The notes under the pieces were generated by a model, which was not told the origin of the DNA, did not search any database, and saw nothing but the letters and a program-made list of their open reading frames with translations. The translations under genes were made by a program, and so were the position numbers. 48,995 nucleotides of DNA from a virus (Duplodnaviria; Caudoviricetes): positions 1 to 48,995 of the IMG/VR virus record IMGVR_UViG_3300042366_000970, one strand, 5' to 3'. Each line of letters opens with the position of its first letter. Within the stretch, counting starts at the first letter, position 1. Positions 1 through 9,345 of this stretch are shown one piece after another.

Positions 1-89
1 GTTTTTCTCGTACAAGCCTTTTTGCCTCAAAACCGGCATAGGGGGTGGTGTTTGCTCAAAGCGTGGGCAGCGCCCTCGCACGCGCGAAC

Positions 90-395
90 CTATCGACTCT
101 CGCGGTTCGTCTTCCGCTGATGGCATGACGCGCACAAGCATTGGCCATTCGATACTTCATAGCGGAGGTCGGGTCTGACCTTCACCGGAATCTTGTGGTC
201 AGCGTGAGCCTCACCTTTGCGGCCACACACCCGACCACACTCGCGACACATATACCCATCAGCCAAGAGCACAGCCTCTCTCCATGCTCGATGCTTGAGG
301 TCGCAATAGCCGCGGGCCGCAGCGTTGGGCCGCTGCTCTCCTAAGCTGAAAGCCTTGATCCTTGGAGCCTTGTAGCGTGGCACCCGCAGCGGCAT
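90..395 (-). CDS. HNH endonuclease (terminase-associated, HK97 gp74-like)
   Basis: CRECG...AHADHKIP...NGQCLCASCHQRKT motif; adjacent to terS if the genome is circularised. Confidence 0.92.
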   Translation of the reverse strand: MPLRVPRYKAPRIKAFSLGEQRPNAAARGYCDLKHRAWREAVLLADGYMCRECGRVCGRKGEAHADHKIPVKVRPDLRYEVSNGQCLCASCHQRKTNRESR

Positions 396-425
396 GGCTA
401 GCTCTTCCTGAGTGGCTGTCTCTTC

Positions 426-455
426 AGCCTAGAGCCGCAGGCAGCCGGGCTTGCA
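426..455 (-). promoter_or_regulatory. Class I promoter TGCAAG-N18-TAGGCT upstream of HNH
   Basis: One of 8 copies of this spaced motif upstream of genes. Confidence 0.65.
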
Positions 456-527
456 GCAATGCCAGCCCATCAATGAGCAGGGCCATGCTTGGTCAGGCAT
501 GACCCGCTCTCGCCGCTGTAGCGCACT

Positions 528-1373
528 TCAGGCTTCGCCGTCCATCGGCAGCGCCTGCTGGGCCAGCCGTTTCCGGCTGATCTCCACATACTCTGGGTTG
601 ACCTCAATCCCGATGAACCGCCGCCCCGTCTCGCGGGCCATCTTCGCCGTCGTGCCGCTGCCGCTGAACGGGTCAAGCACCACGTCGCCGGGATTGCTCC
701 ACGACAGGATGTGGTCGCGGGCCAGGGCTTCGGGAAAAACTGCTGGATGGTCGACGCCGTCCGCACGAAACCCGCCGGGCCTGCACTGCCAAATGTTTGT
801 CCTGAACCCCAGGAACGGAGTGCTTTTCGTCGGTGTGCAATCGCGTGCCCCGGCGTTGTTTTTTTCGCATCGCCCGCCAGTGCTTTTTCGCTGCGGCTTC
901 CCGGCCGTCGAGTTGATCCTGTCTCGCAGCCTGTTTACGGTCGCTGGCCTGCCCTTCGATGCGACGACCATGTATTCACTTGTCTGGGCGTATGTGTAGC
1001 AACTTCCGTTGGCACCTGAAGGCATCTTGTCCCAGATCATCGTGTCGTGAAGGTTCAGCCCGATGCTCTTGAAATGCAGCGCCTGCATGAAACTCGTACC
1101 TGTTTCGCTCCCGTCCTTCGTGGCATCGGCCACAACCCACACGATCACCCCGCCCGGCTTCAATAGCCGTTTCAGATTCCACGCCACCCCGTAGAAGTCC
1201 CACGAGTGTCCGCCGTAGGCGCGGAGGTCATCGTATGGCGGGCTCGTCACCACGAGGTCGATTGACTCGCTCGGCATCTGCCGCATGATCTCGCAGTTGT
1301 CCCCGCAGATGATCTGATCCAGCGGGAGAGAATCAGAAGATAGAGCGGAAGGGCATTCGGCGTCTTTTGTCAT
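528..1373 (-). CDS. DNA methyltransferase, N4-C/N6-A, beta class
   Basis: VTSPPY catalytic motif N-terminal; HPAVFP and VLDPFSGSGTT SAM-binding motif C-terminal. Confidence 0.95.
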   Translation of the reverse strand: MTKDAECPSALSSDSLPLDQIICGDNCEIMRQMPSESIDLVVTSPPYDDLRAYGGHSWDFYGVAWNLKRLLKPGGVIVWVVADATKDGSETGTSFMQALHFKSIGLNLHDTMIWDKMPSGANGSCYTYAQTSEYMVVASKGRPATVNRLRDRINSTAGKPQRKSTGGRCEKNNAGARDCTPTKSTPFLGFRTNIWQCRPGGFRADGVDHPAVFPEALARDHILSWSNPGDVVLDPFSGSGTTAKMARETGRRFIGIEVNPEYVEISRKRLAQQALPMDGEA

Positions 1374-1379
1374 GCCCCG

Positions 1380-1399
1380 AATCTACGCGCATCGTCAAA
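1380..1399 (-). promoter_or_regulatory. Class II promoter TTTGAC-N8-TAGATT, ATG 6 nt downstream (leaderless)
   Basis: One of 7 copies; the ATG at 1373 lies where a TSS is expected. Confidence 0.65.
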
Positions 1400-1452
1400 T
1401 TGGTCTATCCCTGTTTTCGATGGGAAAGACTCTCCCTTCGCTCAAGAGCGCA

Positions 1453-1725
1453 CTAGCCTTCCCACTCAGCCGAATGGTATCGGCCGCCGTGATATGCGTT
1501 GTCGGCCCGGCTTTGCGGCGAGCCACCGTACGAGCCGCCGCTGCCGCCGGGCGTGCAGTCTAAGCACCAAATTCGATGGTAGTCGCTTGTGATCGACTTG
1601 GCCGCAGTCTCAACCGTTACCCTCACCGTCTTCCCGCACAGGCTGCATCGTCCCTGCAATAGCCGCGACCCTGCAATCGGGGCAAACCGGCGACGAGCAA
1701 CGGCGGCAATCGTTTCGGCGTCCAT
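1453..1725 (-). CDS. Small Zn-ribbon hypothetical protein
   Basis: CSLC...CLDC; start re-picked at MDAET after GAGGG RBS. Confidence 0.6.
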   Translation of the reverse strand: MDAETIAAVARRRFAPIAGSRLLQGRCSLCGKTVRVTVETAAKSITSDYHRIWCLDCTPGGSGGSYGGSPQSRADNAYHGGRYHSAEWEG

Positions 1726-1779
1726 GCGTCCCTCTCTGCGGCGTGTTGTGCAACTATCCGGCAATTCCGGTGGGTTCGC

Positions 1780-1998
1780 TCAGACGAGCAGGCTCGTCAA
1801 TTCGTGCGGGATCAACTGCCGTATCTCTTCCACGATCCGCTGCGTCTCCTCGCTCGGCTCGCCATGCTTACAGATCGCCCGGCAGCGGTTGTCGATCAGT
1901 TCCAACGCTATCAGCGCCTCGCGGCCTGCCAGAGCGTACCGATGCTCGCGGGCGTCGTCGGGGTCAGCGAGGTCGAATCGTAGCGTGGCGTGTGCCAT
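1780..1998 (-). CDS. Hypothetical phage protein (72 aa)
   Basis: ORF with protein-like composition on the dominant strand. Confidence 0.65.
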   Translation of the reverse strand: MAHATLRFDLADPDDAREHRYALAGREALIALELIDNRCRAICKHGEPSEETQRIVEEIRQLIPHELTSLLV

Positions 1999-2167
1999 GT
2001 TCCCGCTCGGGATTGTCTGCTGCGTTTCTGGCGACTGACGGCCACTGACGCGGCACGATTCGCCGTTTTGTTCCCGTTCGGGACACCTGAATCATACCGC
2101 AGAAACGACGAAAACTGGTGCCTTTTTCTTACGGATTGGGCAGCCGTCTTCTGGTGCAAGAGCGCAG

Positions 2168-2455
2168 CTACTCAGCCTTCCAGCCGTTGTTGACGTATGC
2201 CAACACTGCTTGGAACGCAGCCGCCTCGCCCGCCGTCCTTGCGGCCTCTGCCGTCAGGGCATCGCCGCCCGACTTGCCGATGAGGCTGATGGTATCCAGG
2301 CGAGTCTCACGCTTCTCAATCTGCCACCGGAGCCAGCCGGTGAAGTTGTCGTGCTGCCGGTTCAGTGACTCGGCCAGCCCGCGCTGGGAGTCAACGTAAC
2401 GGTTGATGAGATTGTCGCGTCGTGCGATGGCTGCTTTGTGAACGCTGTAGATCAT
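2168..2455 (-). CDS. Hypothetical protein (95 aa)
   Basis: AAGGAGG RBS before MIYSVH; TTGCGC-N16-TAGAAT promoter-like sequence upstream. Confidence 0.6.
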   Translation of the reverse strand: MIYSVHKAAIARRDNLINRYVDSQRGLAESLNRQHDNFTGWLRWQIEKRETRLDTISLIGKSGGDALTAEAARTAGEAAAFQAVLAYVNNGWKAE

Positions 2456-2542
2456 ATGGCCCTCCTTGTGGGTGGTCATTCTACCCGGCTGGCAAGCGGG
2501 CGCAATGCCTTTTCCGACTCTCTCTAAGGTGCCTAGCGCAGT

Positions 2543-2665
2543 TCAGCGACGGCGCTGATGCCAACGAGGCCGATGGCTGGGCTTGTGCGGGAAGCCGATG
2601 GACAACGCGCCAAGCATCGCGGCGAATACCGCCAGGGCCAGGATGACAACTGCTGTTTCGCTCAT
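2543..2665 (-). CDS. 40-aa single-TM peptide with basic C-terminus (not in ORF track)
   Basis: MSETAVVILALAVFAAMLGALSIGFPHKPSHRPRWHQRRR; AAGAGAG upstream. Confidence 0.5.
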   Translation of the reverse strand: MSETAVVILALAVFAAMLGALSIGFPHKPSHRPRWHQRRR

Positions 2666-2691
2666 TGCGCTCTCTTGTGGGTGTACCGCAC

Positions 2692-2922
2692 TCAGGCTAT
2701 CGGCTCGTCCGGCGGCAACGGCACCGCATCAGTCGGCGTCAACTTCTCCAGCCACTCGCAATACCCGTGCCAGTAGCACCCCTCGCCGCAGTCGGTGAGG
2801 AGGTCGGCCCCGACGAGCATCGTGCCGCCGGTGCCTGCCACCGGCTGAATCTGCCGGTCGGTGTGGGCCGCGTTGAGCGTTGCCAGTTCGTCCAGGTGTG
2901 CGGAGGCGTCTAGCCAGTTCAC
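2692..2922 (-). CDS. Small fibre-module-associated protein
   Basis: GTGA-coupled to the upstream gene, last gene of fibre module 2. Confidence 0.6.
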   Translation of the reverse strand: MNWLDASAHLDELATLNAAHTDRQIQPVAGTGGTMLVGADLLTDCGEGCYWHGYCEWLEKLTPTDAVPLPPDEPIA

Positions 2923-3695
2923 GGGATGGCGGCTCCGATGGCGTTGTAGAGGGCCGTGACGCGGGAACTCAGCAGCGACAGCGACAGGTTCGACCCAATG
3001 GAATAGAACGCCAGCCTGCCGTCTGTGTTCGCTGTGAGGTTACGCCCGAAAACGGCAATATTCTGGCTCAATGGCGTCTGGCTCGTTAGCGTCACGCTAC
3101 CAGAAGCACCACCGGCAACGTAGGAAAACGACGTGCTGACGGATCGCGTGATGGCGTGCAGGCCTGTGTTTAGACCGATGCTCGTTATGCTCGCGCTCGT
3201 TGTGCTGCTCCGCGACCGATAAAACATTGCGCCGCCACCGGAAACGACCTGAGTCGATCCGTTGTCTCCAAGACCAGCCCCGATGTACGAACGATTTGAT
3301 CCTGTGGAGTTGACTGTGGATGCGTAAACGGCAACGTGCTGGTCGTTCTGCCCGTCAGCGTTGTTGTTCCGGTTGCTGTTGAGCCATTTGGTCGTGCCGT
3401 TCCCGACCAGCCCTGTCTTTCGGTTGTAGTCCGCGCTCACGAAGCTGTTGTTCGTCGGTGCCGCACCGACCAGCGGAACCAGCGAACCCGAGAGCGTCCG
3501 CGCTCCGCAGAGGATGCAAGACGCTTTGATGGCAGACCAGATTCCATCGGACTTGCAGCCGACGACGAAGTTGTTGATCGCCGTGCGGACGGCAGCCTCT
3601 AGCGCCTGCCCATCGGCTGCTTCGACGGCGGCAATGTAGGCCGCAGCCGCCGGGTCTAGCGAGGCTCGGAAGTATCCGATCTTGCCTGCAAGCAT
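2919..3695 (-). CDS. Tail fibre-associated / receptor-binding-like protein
   Basis: N-terminal DPAAAAYIAAVEAADG helical segment followed by an S/T/G/N-rich beta domain; coupled to the fibre gene. Confidence 0.65.
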   Translation of the reverse strand: MLAGKIGYFRASLDPAAAAYIAAVEAADGQALEAAVRTAINNFVVGCKSDGIWSAIKASCILCGARTLSGSLVPLVGAAPTNNSFVSADYNRKTGLVGNGTTKWLNSNRNNNADGQNDQHVAVYASTVNSTGSNRSYIGAGLGDNGSTQVVSGGGAMFYRSRSSTTSASITSIGLNTGLHAITRSVSTSFSYVAGGASGSVTLTSQTPLSQNIAVFGRNLTANTDGRLAFYSIGSNLSLSLLSSRVTALYNAIGAAIP

Positions 3696-5422
3696 TAGTG
3701 ATTCTGGCTCGCGGTGCCGTACCAGTTCGTTCCATCAGAAACGAAGACGAGAATGTCCACCTTATTCGCCGTCGCCGTGATCGTGGGCGCGGTGCCGCCC
3801 GCCCATAGGACGCCGGTAAACGAGGCGGTGAATGTGCCGCTCTGAGTCAGGATCAGCGTGATCGAAGCCCCAGCGGTCGCGCTTGGCATCGTGAACGTGC
3901 AATTACCCGAGAGCGTCACGGTCTGCACGCTGCCGGTGGTCAGGGCCAGCGTCGTGGAGGTGCCGCTGTTGCCGACCGCTTGCGTCTGCTCAAGGACGAC
4001 CGGGAGGCGGGCGAGGGCCAGACTCCCGCTTCCGATCTGCGAGGCGGGGAGGCTGGGGATGCGGGCAACGTCGAACGTACCCTCCGTCACCTGAGATGCG
4101 CTATGCGTATGAGAGACGCCTGCGGCATCCGTAATCCCGTAGCCCGCCAAGGTCGTGGGGGTCGAGGTGATCGTGGACCACGCCTGGTTATGGGCCAGCG
4201 GGGTTCGGGCGTCCGTCAGCCGGGCATCCGACGAGGAAACAGCGTCGGTGATGCCGTAGCCAGAGAGCGTCGTGGGGGTGGCCGTGATCGTTGACCACGC
4301 CTGCGTGTGGCTCGCCGCCGCGACGTTGGTGCCGATCACAAGGCCAAGGTTCGCTCTCGCGCCCGCTGCCGTCGTCGCGCCCGTGCCGCCAAAACTGACA
4401 TCGATGGCGTTCCCTTGCCATGTGCCAGAAACGCCCCCCGTGGCGATGACGTTGGTGACGGCGATGCTTGGCCATGCGTTCGCCTCAAGGACGCCGCTTG
4501 CGCCGGTCATCACAATGCGGCCGGACGTACTGCCGATCGCGCCATCTGTCGTGATGTTGCCGTGGGCGTGGCTCGTGTTGGCCTTTCCGTTCAGCGCCGT
4601 CTGCGTGGCCGTACTGACGGGCTTCGAGGCGTCTGATGTGTTATCGACGTTGCCGAGGCCCACCATCGCCTTCGTGACGCCCGAGACCGTGCCGGTGAAC
4701 GTCGGGTTGTTGATCGGTGCTTTCGCGGCGAGCGAGTTGGTGACGGTCGTCGAGAAGTTGGCGTCTGAGCCCAAAGCCGAGGCCAACTCCGCGAGCGTGT
4801 CGAGCGTCGCGGGGGCCGCGTTCACGACGGCGGCGACCGCAGAGGAAACGTCGCTGGTGCGGGCGATTGACGAGGAGAGCCGCGAGTCGGGCAGGATTCC
4901 CTGCGTGAGTAGCGAAGCGTCAACCGTCGGCGGCGCGGCGGCGATGACGGCGGCCGTGAAGTCGCTGATCTGGCTGGCCGTGTGAGTGTGCGTGAGCGGC
5001 TGGCGGGCGTCCGATAGGCGGGCGTCCGTCGTCAGAACAACCGAGCCGGGGAGGCGGGCCGCATCCAAAGTGCCAGAGGTCAGCAGGCTCGCGTTGGTCG
5101 TCGGCGGGGCAGCGGCAACGACCGCAGCGGCGAAGTCTGTGATCTGTGCTGCTGTGTGGGTGTGGACGCTCGCGGCATATGAGCCCGCAGCCTGCTTGCC
5201 GTCGAGAGCGACCGACAACCCAGAGACATCGGCAATCGTGTGGCCGTGGGCCGATGGCGGGAAACTCGCGGGGACGTTGGTTAACTGCGTGTAGTCGGTC
5301 GCGCCGGGAGCACCCTGCGCTCCCGTAGGCCCGACTCCACCGCTGACCGAAACGTCGATCTTGGTCTCGCCGACGCTCGCCGTGATCTGCTGCCCGCCGG
5401 ATACGTTCGCGTTGATCGCCAC
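3695..5422 (-). CDS. Tail fibre protein 2
   Basis: HTHTA/HTQAWSTI repeats, duplicated PTTLxGYGITDA, APATLDTLAELASAL and VGLGNVDNTSD fibre motifs; GTG start re-picked. Confidence 0.85.
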   Translation of the reverse strand: MAINANVSGGQQITASVGETKIDVSVSGGVGPTGAQGAPGATDYTQLTNVPASFPPSAHGHTIADVSGLSVALDGKQAAGSYAASVHTHTAAQITDFAAAVVAAAPPTTNASLLTSGTLDAARLPGSVVLTTDARLSDARQPLTHTHTASQISDFTAAVIAAAPPTVDASLLTQGILPDSRLSSSIARTSDVSSAVAAVVNAAPATLDTLAELASALGSDANFSTTVTNSLAAKAPINNPTFTGTVSGVTKAMVGLGNVDNTSDASKPVSTATQTALNGKANTSHAHGNITTDGAIGSTSGRIVMTGASGVLEANAWPSIAVTNVIATGGVSGTWQGNAIDVSFGGTGATTAAGARANLGLVIGTNVAAASHTQAWSTITATPTTLSGYGITDAVSSSDARLTDARTPLAHNQAWSTITSTPTTLAGYGITDAAGVSHTHSASQVTEGTFDVARIPSLPASQIGSGSLALARLPVVLEQTQAVGNSGTSTTLALTTGSVQTVTLSGNCTFTMPSATAGASITLILTQSGTFTASFTGVLWAGGTAPTITATANKVDILVFVSDGTNWYGTASQNH

Positions 5423-5739
5423 TAGATGACCTCCACGAACCCGGTAAGGGCGGTACGGGTGGCGTTGTTCTCCGTCCACTTCATCTGCCACCCATAAGTC
5501 CCGCGTGCCAGGGCGGCCGTCTGCGTGTCGGTGAGGCTCACGTTGTATTGCCCCGCCGCAGCGTTGGCTGCCGTAACCTGAAACGCTTGCACTTCGGCCC
5601 CGCTGACGAGGCTCGTCATCGATGCCGTAACGGTGTACCCGGTCATCGTGAGCGGGTTGAAGTCGATGAGCACGCTAAAGTCGTCGGCTCGCTTGAGCGA
5701 CAAACTGAGCGTCCCCGGCGTCTGATCGTAAGAGGGCAT
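5422..5739 (-). CDS. Fibre adaptor / BppU-N-like protein (paralog of 28694-29068)
   Basis: Shared TGYTxTA, QYxxSLTxTQTxAL and TRTxLxG motifs; directly precedes the fibre gene. Confidence 0.7.
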   Translation of the reverse strand: MPSYDQTPGTLSLSLKRADDFSVLIDFNPLTMTGYTVTASMTSLVSGAEVQAFQVTAANAAAGQYNVSLTDTQTAALARGTYGWQMKWTENNATRTALTGFVEVI

Positions 5740-5747
5740 TGGCTCAC

Positions 5748-6071
5748 CTAGTTTTGCGGGGGAGTCTCGACGGCCCGCGCCGTCACCGTCTTTACACGAT
5801 CCGTCAACTCTCGCTGCCCGTGGGCCAGTTCTTCCAGCGTCGCGGCCTGCTGGGTCTGCACGGAGGAAATCTCTTTCAGCGTCTCGCTCGTCGTCTCAAG
5901 AAACTCCACGTGTGACTTCACGACGGGCTCGACCAGCGAGCCGTGCAACGTGATCGCCGCCTCACGGCCAAGCCAGATGATGACCGCGAGGAGCACCACC
6001 GGCACGCCGAACCGCTCGGCAATCCTCAATAGGGAATCCAGCACGCCTTGCTTCAGCTCTTCGCTCGTCAT
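5748..6071 (-). CDS. Holin-like membrane protein (1 TM plus coiled coil)
   Basis: FGVPVVLLAVIIWLG TM segment followed by a heptad-like tail. Confidence 0.55.
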   Translation of the reverse strand: MTSEELKQGVLDSLLRIAERFGVPVVLLAVIIWLGREAAITLHGSLVEPVVKSHVEFLETTSETLKEISSVQTQQAATLEELAHGQRELTDRVKTVTARAVETPPQN

Positions 6072-6427
6072 TTCGTCAACTCCGATTGCATTGTGACCAG
6101 CCAGACCCGGTTGCTTGCACGTTCCTGCCACCACTCCAGCATGATTCTGATGATGACAGACACCATCAGTTGCAGAATGAATGCCCAGAACACGCCGTAC
6201 TCCTGCGGCTCTTTGCCGCTCAGAACTTGGTGCATCCGCTTCACCGACCGCTCAATGCTGCCGCAGACGGCCTCAGTGGCGTCGGGGCTGGCGGCGTGGT
6301 TCAGGTTCATCGGCTCCCACGACTCGACCGTGAGTTGCACGAGGTCGGCGAACACGCGGCGGCCGACGATGTGCTTGCCCAACGGGGCACGACGCCAGAC
6401 GTAATCTTGGAGGTCGGTGAGCTTCAC
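6068..6427 (-). CDS. Membrane protein in lysis-position cassette
   Basis: YGVFWAFILQLMVSVIIRIMLEWW TM segment; GTGA coupling. Confidence 0.6.
   Translation of the reverse strand: MKLTDLQDYVWRRAPLGKHIVGRRVFADLVQLTVESWEPMNLNHAASPDATEAVCGSIERSVKRMHQVLSGKEPQEYGVFWAFILQLMVSVIIRIMLEWWQERASNRVWLVTMQSELTK
6090..6119 (-). promoter_or_regulatory. Class I promoter TGCAAG-N18-CACAAT
   Basis: Motif 18 nt upstream of the ATG at 6071, inside the upstream CDS. Confidence 0.5.
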
Positions 6428-6714
6428 GGCTTGCACCTCCCGTCCGTGCAGGCTTTGCCGGTCCCCCTGCAAACAGGGCACTGCAAACGGATCGAGTTTC
6501 CATCACCGATGACACCGCTTCCGGAGCAGTTGGTGCACCTACCCGCAGGCACCGGCTTCGGAGGTGAGGGAGCGATCTCCTGCGAGAGCTTCACCGCCAT
6601 CCTCGCCGTCTCGCAGGCGAGGTCAGCCGTGATCGCGGCGTCGTCCGTGGGCTGCGAGCCGCAGCCGTTGGCGAACAACAGGAACGTACCGGTGACGAGG
6701 GCCGCAGTCTTCAC
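6424..6714 (-). CDS. Lipoprotein with DnaJ-type Zn finger
   Basis: Lipobox-like FANG-C; CTNCSGSG...CPVCRGTG (CxxCxGxG x2). Confidence 0.7.
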   Translation of the reverse strand: MKTAALVTGTFLLFANGCGSQPTDDAAITADLACETARMAVKLSQEIAPSPPKPVPAGRCTNCSGSGVIGDGNSIRLQCPVCRGTGKACTDGRCKP

Positions 6715-7631
6715 AAGACGCCTCCGGTCCAGTTCTCAATTGTCGTCCGCTTGAAGCCGCTGTACCCGGCGTAGGTGTAGGAGTCCTCGCCCTTCACCAT
6801 CCTGTCCACCACATCCGCGTCGGCCCAGAACGAGCAGACGCGGACGGGCTCGGGGATGTTCTCTGGGAAGTGTTTGCCCGTTGTGTTCGACGCGCCCCAC
6901 GAATTGAGAATGAGCGCACCGGGTCGCTTGCCCCAGCGGATTCCGCCCACAAAAAGCGCATGCGGCCAAGTCCCGCCGGGCTTGCAGAAGCCCTCCGAGT
7001 CGCGGCTCATCGAAAAGCCTTGCATCGAACAGACCACGCAGCCATACCCATTGGAGACGGCGCGAGCCACGTCCATGAACGACGTGACGAGTGTGGTCTC
7101 TGAGCAGCGGCGCTCCTTGGCGAACGGCTCCAGCGTGTCGGGCAAACCGTTCCTGCCCCAATCCCGTTCACGCTGCGACGAGTGGGCCTCAAAGATCGTG
7201 CCTCCGTAGTCCACGCCGTAGTGCAGGCAGCCGTAATCGCGTATGGCTTTCGCCGCGTGGAATCCGGTGCTTCCGTCGCCGCCTGGGTTCGAGGTGCGAC
7301 CCCTCGCCTCCACACGACTCAGGCCGTACAGGCTGCCTTCGATGGTGCGGCCCGCCCATACTTCCGGCTCCTTCCGGTAAACGATGTCGCAGGCCGCAAG
7401 CACGTCCACGCACAGGGCTGCGGCCCAGCCGACGCACGAGCCCACCGAACCCTGCGAGCCGCGTTGCCATGAGGGCTGGCACTTGAGCAGCGCCTCGTAC
7501 AGAAACACGTCGGTCTTCTCGTCGGTGGCGAGGTCAGGCCCAGCCTGGGCAAGCGTCGGGTGGGCAAGCGTCTTCACGAACGCAGCGGCACCGGCCGGGT
7601 CGGGTTGGTATCCGAAAGCGTGAGCGGCCAT
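6711..7631 (-). CDS. Papain-like (C1) cysteine peptidase
   Basis: Q-GSVGSCVGWA (oxyanion Gln and catalytic Cys), WPHA (His), LILNSWG (Asn). Confidence 0.88.
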   Translation of the reverse strand: MAAHAFGYQPDPAGAAAFVKTLAHPTLAQAGPDLATDEKTDVFLYEALLKCQPSWQRGSQGSVGSCVGWAAALCVDVLAACDIVYRKEPEVWAGRTIEGSLYGLSRVEARGRTSNPGGDGSTGFHAAKAIRDYGCLHYGVDYGGTIFEAHSSQRERDWGRNGLPDTLEPFAKERRCSETTLVTSFMDVARAVSNGYGCVVCSMQGFSMSRDSEGFCKPGGTWPHALFVGGIRWGKRPGALILNSWGASNTTGKHFPENIPEPVRVCSFWADADVVDRMVKGEDSYTYAGYSGFKRTTIENWTGGVL

Positions 7632-7633
7632 GC

Positions 7634-8113
7634 TTACCCCCCATTCACGCCAGCCCACGCGATAGCCTTCGCGGCGTCGCTGTAGGCCCGGCGCATGTCG
7701 GGCGTGACCGGCACAACTTCCTTGCCCACTACTTCCAGCAGCACGGCCTCGGTCGCCTCACGCAGCCCGGCGTACTTGCCGGGCTGGTTGCCCGCGAGCC
7801 GACGCCACGCGATGTCGAGAGCCAGAACCGTGAACTGCCGCAGAGCCCGCGTGTCGGTGAACGCCACCTCGGTCGTGACGGCATCGCCCGCGACGACGAT
7901 GGCTGCCTTCTCCCACGTCGAAGCCCACACGGCCCTGTCAACGGGTGACGCTGAACGCAGGGCGGCGGCGACCGGGGCAACCTTGGCTTTCATCTCGGGA
8001 CTCGGATCGGTAACGGAGACGGCAACACGCGGCAGGCTCGGCAACGACGGCACGCCGAACGCGGCCACGTAGCCGAGTACGATCGCGACAACGATCCGAG
8101 TACGGACGCTCAT
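7634..8113 (-). CDS. N-terminally membrane-anchored protein
   Basis: IVVAIVLGYVAAFGV anchor, Pro-rich linker, helical domain. Confidence 0.65.
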   Translation of the reverse strand: MSVRTRIVVAIVLGYVAAFGVPSLPSLPRVAVSVTDPSPEMKAKVAPVAAALRSASPVDRAVWASTWEKAAIVVAGDAVTTEVAFTDTRALRQFTVLALDIAWRRLAGNQPGKYAGLREATEAVLLEVVGKEVVPVTPDMRRAYSDAAKAIAWAGVNGG

Positions 8114-8388
8114 TTCTTGCCCTTCGTGTTGCCCAGCATCACGTCGAGGAGTTGCTGGCAGAGCGAGACGCCCTCCATGCACTGCGCGGCCTTCAAGCGA
8201 GTCGCGAGATCGAGGACGATATGCAGATCCCGCGCCGTCACGGTTGCGGCTTTTTCAGTTGCGGCTTCCAGCGGGTTGTCTTTCCAACCGGCTTTGGCTT
8301 TTGCAGCCAGGGCGGCAATCGCGGGGCCAGCGAGGACACCCACTGCCGCCACCGCGGCGACGGCACGAATAACAACATCGAGGTTCAC
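8110..8388 (-). CDS. Small membrane protein
   Basis: N-terminal hydrophobic helix; GTGA/ATGA coupling. Confidence 0.6.
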   Translation of the reverse strand: MNLDVVIRAVAAVAAVGVLAGPAIAALAAKAKAGWKDNPLEAATEKAATVTARDLHIVLDLATRLKAAQCMEGVSLCQQLLDVMLGNTKGKK

Positions 8389-8693
8389 TTTGCCTCCTCG
8401 GCTCGCAGCAGGCACCACCGCACGAGGGCTTCGCCTTGCGGAGTCTTGAGGATGTCGGCCAGCAATCGCACGAGCTGGTCGTCCACCTGTGCGTTCGTCT
8501 TGCTGGCGACCCACTCGGCGGCATCGGCCACAACGAGCGACTTACGGTATGGGTCAACGGCCTGGACGAACGCCTGCCCGTAGGCGAGAAGCGGAGCCCA
8601 CTGGGAGAGCAGGCGGATCTGCTCCCACACATTCAAGTTGGTGCCGTACTTGGCGTACTCTTCGGGCGTCGCGGAATAGGACGGGTGTTGCAT
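8385..8693 (-). CDS. Hypothetical protein, first gene of lysis-position operon
   Basis: GAGGAG RBS; TxxQVDDQLV motif. Confidence 0.65.
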   Translation of the reverse strand: MQHPSYSATPEEYAKYGTNLNVWEQIRLLSQWAPLLAYGQAFVQAVDPYRKSLVVADAAEWVASKTNAQVDDQLVRLLADILKTPQGEALVRWCLLRAEEAK

Positions 8694-8712
8694 GGCGGTC
8701 TCCTCTCCCTTC

Positions 8713-8741
8713 ACGGTAGGGGAGGCTAGCCGTCACTTGCA
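8713..8741 (-). promoter_or_regulatory. Class I promoter TGCAAG-N17-TACCGT
   Basis: Repeated motif heading the lysis-position operon. Confidence 0.65.
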
Positions 8742-8947
8742 GATTCCGGGTTGACCGACTTGTTTGAGTAGTCGTAGAGCAAGTGGTAGCAATCCCGCGT
8801 TTCCTGCCGCGCGTCTTTTACTTCCAGCCGCACCGGCCAACGGAAATGATCGGCGTCCTTGATCGTCCCGTCGCCCTCGCAGAGATACACGGAAATGTAT
8901 TTCTGGGAAAACTCCACGATGACCTTGCCGAGCACGGGGTCGCTCAC
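8726..8947 (-). CDS. Hypothetical protein (73 aa)
   Basis: GTGA-coupled; start re-picked at VSDPVLGK. Confidence 0.55.
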   Translation of the reverse strand: MSDPVLGKVIVEFSQKYISVYLCEGDGTIKDADHFRWPVRLEVKDARQETRDCYHLLYDYSNKSVNPESASDG

Positions 8948-9345
8948 CACTGCGCCTCCCGGTTGAGGTCGTCGAACAGGTCGCGCGCCTCCGGCGGAAC
9001 TTCGATGGGGCGAAGCTCGAAGGCCGTCGGCTTCCGCACTTGCCGCTGCGCCCGGACCTCTTCCGTCCACAGGGACGATTCGTTCGTCGCCCTGGCGGCG
9101 ACCATCGGGGCGAGGTCAAGGCTGGCCTCGCTCGCCGCGATTTCCTCCGGCGTCGGCTTCTCCGGACGCGGCGGTTTGAATCGCAGCCTCCGGTCGTGCC
9201 TAGGTGGCAGCGGCACCACGTCGCGGAGCCGCACTAGTTGGTCGCGAGTAACCGTCCAGAACGTGCAGAGCGATGCGTAAGACGAGTGGCTGGCCCACTG
9301 AATCTTGAGCACCGCAATGTCGATTCTGGAAGTGTTACCCGCCAC
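8944..9345 (-). CDS. Hypothetical protein (possible HTH-like N-terminus)
   Basis: Operon continuity; PTPEEI motif resembles DPTPDEI in 13786-14028. Confidence 0.6.
   Translation of the reverse strand: MAGNTSRIDIAVLKIQWASHSSYASLCTFWTVTRDQLVRLRDVVPLPPRHDRRLRFKPPRPEKPTPEEIAASEASLDLAPMVAARATNESSLWTEEVRAQRQVRKPTAFELRPIEVPPEARDLFDDLNREAQW

Noticed and set aside
1-89. Exact cos site or terminal repeat
   Set aside because: Position is suggestive, but no terminal repeat or defined cos sequence can be supported from the sequence alone
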